Assembly: GCA_002189035.1 (NCBI GenBank)
Contig: CM007990.1
Coordinates: forward strand, 4,216,001-4,280,000
DNA: 64,000 bases
From: Utricularia gibba
Lineage: Eukaryota > Plantae > Magnoliophyta
Reading direction: 5' to 3'
The translations under genes and the position numbers were made by a program. The notes beneath the pieces are model-generated. The model worked only from the letters and a program-made list of their open reading frames with translations. It searched no databases and was not told the origin of the DNA. Positions 55,701 through 64,000 of the stretch are shown one piece after another (the first letter of the stretch is position 1; each line of letters begins with the position of its first letter).

Positions 55701-58700
55701 CCATTTATTTAATCTCTCTTCTTTATTCCATCAGGGAAATGGATTTGTTGCTTGTTCCATATTGGGCTGATCGCGATTTGGAGATAATGCAGTGGCCACC
55801 ATTTCTCCTTGCCAGCAAGGTTTTTTTAGACCATTTGTTATTCTTAGCATTTCACTGCATTACATGCACTGCACTATATTTTTTTCTCCCTGGAAAAAAG
55901 TGTTGCTCTAAATTGAGGGTGATAAAGTTCACTGCAAAGTTTTAGGGTCTATCTTAATGCAAGTGACTGAGCTAATCGCTCAACTAGTTGGAAAATATTC
56001 CTATCTATACAGATCCCAATAGCAGTGAATATAGTAATGATATTCCTAGCTGATTTTTGTTTCTCCAGATCCCAATAGCAGTGGATATGGCAAAAGATAG
56101 TAAAGGCAAGGACAGTGAGCTAAAAAAGAGGATTAAATCCGATGTTTATATGTACTCTGCTGTCTGTGAGTGCTATGCTTCATTTCGGAATATCATCAGA
56201 TTTCTGGTTTGTGGAGATAGAGAGAAAGAGTAAGCATCTTCAGGGTTTTTATGCTCCCGTTTTCTGGAAATCTCATGAGTCATCAAGTTATTTTCAGGGT
56301 GATTGAGTACATATTTTCTGAAGTTGACAAACATATAGAGGATGACGATTTATCAAGTGATTACAATCTGAGTGCCCTTCCAAGTCTTTATGATCTGTTC
56401 ACCCGGCTTGTCAAGTACTTGGTATATTTTTCATGCAACTTCTATCAATGCTGAAGGTCTTGCTAATCCTTATGGCTGATATGGAACATGCAACTGAAAT
56501 TTTCACAGCTGGATAACAAACGTGAAGACCGGGATCAAGTTATCATCCTGTTCCAGGATATGCTTGAAGTGGTCACTAGAGATATAATGATGGAAGATCA
56601 CATATCCAAGTAATAATTTCTTTTATTTATGGATCTCTCAATGAGTTTTCTGAGATTGGATGGAGCACTCTTAAATCATTGTAATTTCTGTTGATAGCTT
56701 GTTGGACTCAATTCCTAGTGGATCTGGGTATGAAAGTATGAGCGCCCTTGATCAACAATATCAGCTATTTGCATCAGCCGGAGCAATCAAATTTCCAACT
56801 CCTGAATCCGAAGCTTGGAAAGAGAAGGTAATTGAAGTCCAGTCTTTTATAAACATTCCTATCCAGCATCTCTTTCCTACATGCTTTATATTTCCTTTCC
56901 ACAGGTTAAGAGGCTGTACTTGTTGCTGACAGTAAAAGAATCTGCAATGGACGTGCCATCAAACTTAGAATCTAGAAGGCGTATTTCATTTTTTTCCAAT
57001 TCGTTGTTTATGGATATGCCTTCCGCTCCTAAAGTTCGAAACATGCTATCTTTCTCGTGAGTGGATACTTCAATCTTTTGTTCTTTTTACTCCATATAAA
57101 CGCTATGTGTCTTTCTGAAAGTGTGTTCCTGATTAGTGTGTTGACCCCATATTACACGGAAGAGGTTCTCTTCTCACTACCTGAGCTCGAAGTTCCAAAT
57201 GAAGATGGTGTTTCAATCCTCTTTTATTTGCAGAAAATTTTCCCAGGTCTGTGTCTGCTTCTTTCTTCATGCATGTTATTTATGCCTTCTCTAATATAGT
57301 TACAATCTTATAGATGAGTGGACCAACTTTCTGGAGCGTGTCCAGTGCATCAATGAGGAGGAACTTAGAGGGTCTGCTGAGCTGGAAGAGCAACTACGTT
57401 TTTGGGCATCCTATAGGGGCCAGACATTAACGAGAACCGGTATAAAAAAGTTAAAGACATCACAGAATGTTGCTGCTCGGGATTACATTTAATAGAAATA
57501 TTCCTTCTAGAGATTTTTCGCTTGATTAATTTGTCTTCAAAATGGTTTTCTCCCTTTATGTTGTATGTTTTTCTAAACTAGCGCAATGTCTACAATGTGG
57601 CAGTCAGAGGAATGATGTATTACCGCAAAGCTCTAGAACTCCAGGCCTTCCTGGATATGGCTAAAGATGATGGTACTGTGTTTACGGTTCCATGAATCTA
57701 AAAGGAAAGAAAATTATTAATGTGGAGATTGTCATGATGCTCTACAGATTTAATGGATGGCTATAAGGCTATTGAGCTGAATGACGATCCAATAGGCGGA
57801 GAGAGGTCTTTGTGGACCCAATGCCAAGCATTATCAGACATGAAGTTTACATATGTTGTTTCTTGTCAGTTGTATGGTGTACAAAAACGATCAGGAGATC
57901 CTCGTGCTCAAGATATATTGAGACTTATGGTGATGTAAGGCCGTACATTTTGTGCTTTATAACAATGCCATTACTAATGATGCAGCTTTCATTCAGGTAC
58001 CCGTCCCTTCGAGTTGCATATATAGATGAAGTTGAGGAACCAAGTAAAGACAGATCACGCAGAGTTAACAAGGTGTACTATTCTACCCTCGTGAAGGCTG
58101 CTTTACCCAAGTCAACTTCATCGGAAACGGGTCAGAACTTGGATCAGGTGATCGTCCATTTAATCATTCTTATGTTAGATGGCTAAATAATTTTCAACTT
58201 ACAATGTATGTGCTGTGCACCCCATCTTGTAGTTCATCAATTCATAGCCGGTGAAGATGAGTGATGAATGAATTATTAGAATGTTTCATCTTTTTTTTCT
58301 TGTATGTTGGATTTGCAGGTTATATATCGTATAAAGCTTCCTGGACCGGCTATCTTGGGGAAGGGAAACCTGAAAACCAGAATCATGCGATTATTTTTAC
58401 TCGTGGAGAAGGACTGCAAACTATTGATATGAATCAGGTATGATGATACCTCCTGCCAGCTGATCCATTTGGATCCTTATCATGATCTTTCATTCTAATT
58501 TAGGACAACTACATGGAAGAAGCTCTTAAAATGAGAAACTTACTCCAAGAATTTATCAAAAAGCATGATGTGAGACACCCATCAATTCTTGGGCTGAGGG
58601 AGCATATCTTTACTGGAAGGTTTGTTCGGATATCTATGATCATGCATGTATCATCGATAAAATGATTTTCTAATTAATGCTTTGCAGTGTTTCTTCACTT

Positions 58701-60962
58701 GCTTGGTTTATGTCTAACCAAGAGACAAGTTTTGTCACCATTGGACAAAGACTGTTGGCTAATCCTCTGAAGTAAGTTTCCTAATGAATTTTTCAGCATG
58801 GCTCCTTCAAGAACGTCATTTTATTAGGAAAAAGGAAGAATATTGTTTACTTTGGACTCTAGTATTCTCCTCTATCAGTGGCATTTCCTATTGTTAAGTG
58901 GATCCATCTCTAGAAACTTACCATTGTGTTTCACCATCTGCCTTTTATAGGGTTCGCTTTCATTATGGCCATCCAGATGTTTTTGACAGACTATTTCACC
59001 TTACTAGAGGGGGGGTGAGCAAGGCATCTAAGGTTATCAATTTGAGCGAGGATATATTTGCTGGTATGGCTGAAATAATTTGCAATCCAACCCATTCAAC
59101 TATACGAACATAATTATGGAATGGTACATGATTTCAGGTTTCAATTCAACACTCCGTGAAGGTAATGTGACACACCATGAATACATCCAAGTTGGCAAAG
59201 GAAGGGATGTGGGCCTTAATCAGATTTCTCTGTTTGAGGCCAAAATTGCCAATGGAAATGGAGAACAGACTCTAAGTCGTGATTTATACAGACTTGGGCA
59301 TCGATTCGATTTTTTCCGGATGCTGTCTTGCTATTTTACCACAGTTGGTTTCTACTTCAGCATCCTGGTGAGCTGAAATCCATAAGCATATCCCATTTGA
59401 TCATCATTATCATCTAGTTGTTTTGACCATTTTTGTTTCTTCTTAACAGGTGACCATACTTACAGTATATGTTTTCCTTTATGGACGCCTGTATCTTGTC
59501 CTCAGTGGGCTTGAAAAAGCAATAAGCAGTCAACCAGGAATTCGTGAAAACAGAGCTCTTGAGTTTGCTCTTACTTCTCAGTCATTTGTGCAAATTGGTT
59601 TTCTAATGGCTCTCCCTATGGTGATGGAGATAGGTTTAGAAAAGGGATTTCGAACTGCATTAAGCGAATTCATCCTGATGCAACTGCAGCTTGCTCCAGT
59701 TTTCTTCACATTTTCTCTTGGAACAAAGACGCACTACTATGGTAGAACACTTCTTCATGGAGGTGCGAAATACCGACCCACAGGCCGTGGCTTCGTGGTG
59801 TTTCATGCCAAGTTTGCAGACAATTACCGGCTCTACTCTCGTAGTCACTTTGTGAAAGGGCTTGAGCTCATGATCCTGCTCCTTGTTTATCATATTCTTG
59901 GTGAGGCCTACCAAGGGACAGTTGCATATATCTTCATTACAGTCTCGGTCTGGTTCATGGTCGGAACATGGCTCTTTGCTCCTTTCCTCTTTAACCCCTC
60001 TGGTTTTGAGTGGCAAAAGATTATCGACGACTGGACTGACTGGACCAAGTGGATCACCAACCGTGGAGGCATTGGCGTCCCGCCTGAGAAGAGTTGGGAG
60101 TCATGGTGGGAGGAGGAGCAAGAACATCTCCGCCATTCTGGAAAACGAGGAATAATCTCCGAGATTATACTCTCATTGCGGTTTTTCATATATCAGTACG
60201 GTCTCATCTATCACCTGAGCATCACAAGGCACACCAGGAGCGTTTTGGTATGGAATGTTTCTCCTGTTTTTGTGGGGTGAATTTGTAACAGATCCTGAGA
60301 ATTCCTGCTTGCATTGGCTGCAGGTTTATGGTGTATCCTGGCTGATCGTCTTCCTCATCCTGTTCATCATGAAGGTGAATCTTACTCTTCATTGCATTTC
60401 CTTCTTGCGCAGACATGTTTGATCTTCTCATCTGGTTAATTTAACAGGCGATCTCCATCGGACGTCGGAAGTTCAGTGCAAACTTCCAGCTGGCTTTCCG
60501 GCTGATCAAGGGCTTCATCTTCACCACCTTCGTCGCCATCCTGGTGATCCTGTTCACCGTCCCTCACATGACAGCTCGGGACATCGTTGTCTGCTTGCTC
60601 GCCTTCATCCCCACCGGCTGGGGACTCCTCCAAGTCAGCCTCTCCCCAACACACGTTTCCCCGGAAGCTCGAACGGGATGATGTTACTAACATTTGAGCG
60701 TCGTTTGCAGATTGCTCAAGCCTGCAAGCCGGTGGTGCAGAAGGCCGGAATCTGGGGCTCGATCCGATCGCTGGCTCGCGGGTACGAGATCCTGATGGGG
60801 CTGCTCCTCTTCACGCCGGTCGCCTTTCTGGCCTGGTTCCCTTTCGTGTCCGAGTTCCAGACAAGAATGCTCTTCAACCAAGCTTTCAGCAGAGGTCTCC
60901 AGATCTCTCGTATTCTTGGCGGTCCGAGGAAGGAGAGGAGGTCCCTGAGGAGCAAGGAGTAG
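49736..60962 (+). CDS. CALS3: Callose synthase (1,3-beta-glucan synthase), CalS3/GSL12-like
   Basis: 42 GT-AG exons traced from 49736-49928 to 60711-60962. [24 protein letters not shown]1 domain ([24 protein letters not shown]), glucan synthase core ([42 protein letters not shown]), C-terminus [21 protein letters not shown]. One extra G needed at 58357-58360. 5'UTR intron probably 49151-49704. Confidence 0.96.
53369..53729. mobile_element. hAT-type MITE in CalS3 intron 13, with only one TIR
   Basis: 8-bp direct repeat CTAGTACC at 53361-53368 and 53730-53737; right end gggtccgcccctg (reverse complement CAGGGGCGGACCC, a hAT-like TIR); matching left TIR absent. Confidence 0.75.
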
Positions 60963-61874
60963 TGTCAGCTGCCGTACAATGCAGAAAGAATCTCGATGAT
61001 TAGTGTGTAATTAATTGTTCCAGAATCTTCTCGAAGGCAGATTGTTTGCCGTGCACTTCAGTATGAAATATGTTTCCTTTTTTATTTATTATTGCAGAAA
61101 CAAAAAGAAGAATATTGATTACACTTTTTTATTACAAAGAGCGCTGAAAAAACCTTATTACAAAAGACACCACATTTTATTATATATTGCATAATGGGAT
61201 ATTTAATATTTTATGACAAGTATTTAATATTAAATATAATCATTTTTATTATATGCATATCATAATGTGATCACTTTTTTAATGGTCTATTTGTTACTAT
61301 CTCAATGTTTAAATATGAGATATAATCAATTATTTAATTGTATATTGCACTTTTCAATTCTATTTTTTTATAGAATTGTTTTGAACTTCCAAATGTATAC
61401 TTAATTATATTCTATGAGAATTGATTTTTGAGAATCATGAATATATCATTTCTAATATATACATAATTTTTTTTTAAAGATTGATTTTAAGAAATAAATT
61501 TAATATTACAGCTATTTGATAAATCTTGATAAATAAATATCATAAAAATCAATTATTATTTTTTTAAATATTGATTTTGAGTGTGATAAATGTTTATATT
61601 ATGTAATTAATTTTTAAACAAATTTTATAAAATATTATTTATAATAAATATGGATAAATATGTCATTTATATATAAAAATTTATTTGACATGAATGAAGA
61701 ACATATTTTTCAATACTTGAAATATTTTATTAATAAAATTTTTTATTATATGATTATATCAATTGAATTTTTATTTTATGAATATATAGCAAGAAATAAA
61801 TACAAGATATCAAGGCATTAATGTATTCGTATTCTTTTCTTTGTTAACCGACTTTATTCTCGCTAATCCAAATC

Positions 61875-61933
61875 TCAGCCGTTGATTCAACGCGGATCGG
61901 CCCGTTGATTTTTTCCCCTTCCTCTCTATAAAT
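61875..61933 (+). promoter_or_regulatory. Two MSA/MYB-like AACGG motifs and a TATA box upstream of the last gene
   Basis: tcagccgttgatt at about 61875 and ggcccgttgatt at about 61899; ctataaat at about 61925-61932; a third ttcaacggtt at about 62122. Confidence 0.45.
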
Positions 61934-62199
61934 ATGTGCCGTCTAGAGTTTGTCTTACCCGAAACGCGTCGAGAGAACGGTCTTCGGTGGTATTCGCTCT
62001 AGGTTTTGTTTCGGATCGAGAAATTTTCTGTGAATTCCTTTTCTGTGAGGGTTGCTAATCTTTTTGTTTGATCGAAGGTTTCTGAATTCGATAGTCTAGA
62101 AGTTGGTTGAATTGTAGGAAGTTCAACGGTTTAGATTCTCCTCTCTTCTTGTGTTGTTACTTTTATTGTGCCTGTTTAATCTTGAATCGGTACCAGAAA

Positions 62200-63155
62200 A
62201 TGGTGGATTCGATGAACTTGCACGTGCAGCATCCGCAGCATCTACCTCAGGTAATCAACTTTCCTCAGGATCATATGTTTGCATCACAGCTGGGTCATAT
62301 CATTTATGTTGGACCTCAATCTATTCAGATGAATCCTGGATACGATAATTGGATTCTTCCGCTGGAGTTTCAGAAACCGAACCCTAGCTTTGGGGCTTGG
62401 AAGCCGCCGCAAGCTGGGTTGAAAAGGTCAATGGGTCCAAGGGTCAACAGGGACGGCAAGAGGTATAACGGTAAGGGGAGGACGCAGGTTCATAAGTCGC
62501 TGAACAGGAAATCTGTTGATTATAATTCTATGTTGGTGAATGATTTGCAGCATCGGGGTGTGCTGAAGCCTAGAAATTTCCTCCCCCGAGCACCAATCCT
62601 CGTCGGAAGAGCTTTGGTAACGATAGCGTTGTTCCTTTTGCTCCTAGAAACACCACTTCTTTCTTAATCAGGTCAAAGGGAAGACGCGGGAACGCGCCTT
62701 CAGTTACCCCATCTCCACAAACTCCCGCTGTATTTCCAACCCCGAAGTTCTCGCCTTTGCCGGACGCTTTGGTAAACAAGGCAGAGGAAGCGTGGGGCAT
62801 TGATGGCTATGGCTCTATGAATGGGCTGATCAGGTTGAAAACACAAGGGCATGAGCCCCCTGTCGAGGTGCAAGTAGACGATGAGGATGTGGGAGAAATG
62901 GAGTCAAGCGAAAGTGATGTGGAACAACATGTTGAGATGGAGAAGCGTGTGGATCAGGATCTCAGTAGGTTCGAAATGGTACTCAATCCCACATCGATGA
63001 TCAGAAAAATGGACGACCAAGACACTCATCTGGCTCATCTGCAGGAGGAGAACTCGATTCTGAAGGAAAAGGTGGTAATGATTGAAAGAGAGATGGAAGA
63101 GCTGAGGGCGAAGATGGATCTTTTTGGCACAAAAGAAAACGGACGAGAGCAATGA
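62200..63155 (+). CDS. PRL1-interacting factor A-like protein (basic region, APRNTTSF motif, acidic tract, C-terminal coiled coil)
   Basis: Single coding exon after a probable 5'UTR intron (acceptor at about 62196). ORFs 62107-62667 and 62757-63155 join with one extra base, best placed in the C5 run 62583-62587. Motifs PFAPRNTTSFLI, WGIDGYGSMNGLIRL, SSESDVEQHVE.E.R.D.DLSRFEM, DDQDTHLAHLQEEN match the plant family I recall as PRLI-interacting factor. Confidence 0.85.
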
Positions 63156-64000
63156 AACTCATTGCAGCATCAGATGAATCATTGCACCTTCAGTGGAAGC
63201 AGCAGGTGCATGGAATAGGAACTGGTGATTGGAGTATCATCAGATCGCAACTTCACTACGTTGTCATTAGCCAAGAAAACACCAGCTTTTTTTCCCTTAA
63301 ATTTCTCATGTAACTTAGTATTTATTTCAAGTATTGAAAACTGTACTAAATTGTTCGCCCTCTGTCCCCTTGGTTGTCACGCTGGTTTATAATATGCAAA
63401 TAGTGATTTTTTCCCCGCATAAATTAATATTAAAAATGTATAGAATCCGATGCTCAGTTATTGCAATAATATTATTCTGATACAATGCTAACCAAAATTG
63501 ATATCATCTGTTTGGAATTTCAGTAAAATTTAAAACCATCAAATTCCGATGCGGGAAGTTGAACGCCGTTATTGGGCCCATTGGGCCTGTGAAAAAACGC
63601 GAGAAAAGATGGGCATGGAGTAGGCCGGCGTGTCGCCTGATGCCCGACTTGTGAAGATTGATTTGCAGGGCTGCTGCTGAATTCTGAGTTGTGAGCGCGA
63701 ACGCTCACCCTAACTGATTCTGACGCCGCTGCTAATGGGGTTTCCGTTTTGTTGTTCATTTTGGGGACCTCGAAACTTGTGTATTCTCTTGATATTAACT
63801 TTTTTCCCGTCTCTAGTATCTACCAGCTTTTGGGTTGGCAGGCAGGTTCTCCTTCTGGGACAATGGAAAAAAGCTTACACCTGTTTATCAATCAATCTCT
63901 CCCCCCCCCGGCCCCCCCTTTTTCCACCAGTAGTGGAATCGGAATCCATCCACCATCAATCTCGCAACTGCACTGTTCTATCTATCCCATCTTTGCAGAT

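Noticed and set aside
62986-62996. Perfect USE match ATCCCACATCG
   Set aside because: Lies inside coding sequence with no TATA box at the expected distance downstream.
63520-63759. 79-aa minus-strand ORF at the window end
   Set aside because: Low-complexity Ser/Pro content, overlaps promoter-type motifs, no homology recognised.

Overview
Plant (eudicot-like) nuclear genomic DNA, gene-dense with short GT-AG introns. I can support 15 protein-coding loci, in order: PH-RCC1-FYVE-BRX protein (PRAF/RLD family, +), ubiquitin-specific protease UBP24-like (-), nuclear PsbTn (+), CPK7/8-type CDPK (-), RbcX2 (+), DiT1/OMT1 (-), secreted proline-rich protein (+), AN1 zinc-finger SAP (+), a conserved uncharacterised protein with PDZ-like motifs (+), EIL3/SLIM1 (-), ESF1 (-), SelO (-), KH + 2H-phosphoesterase ASCC1/LigT-like protein (+), 42-exon callose synthase CalS3 (+), and a PRL1-interacting-factor-A-like protein (+). 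Genes are separated by very AT-rich spacers with MITE remnants, a near-perfect 192-bp tandem array and microsatellites. Twelve of the 15 genes carry one or two single-base deletions, nearly all in G/C homopolymer runs (13 events, one of them tentative). This looks like uncorrected long-read consensus error, not pseudogenisation. The most interesting leads are (i) the last gene, whose product shows a collinear motif match to metazoan HEXIM, the 7SK-dependent P-TEFb inhibitor not generally recognised in plants, and (ii) an uncharacterised protein with canonical-looking PDZ signatures. All homology calls come from my recall of protein families; no alignments or searches were run, and the species cannot be determined.
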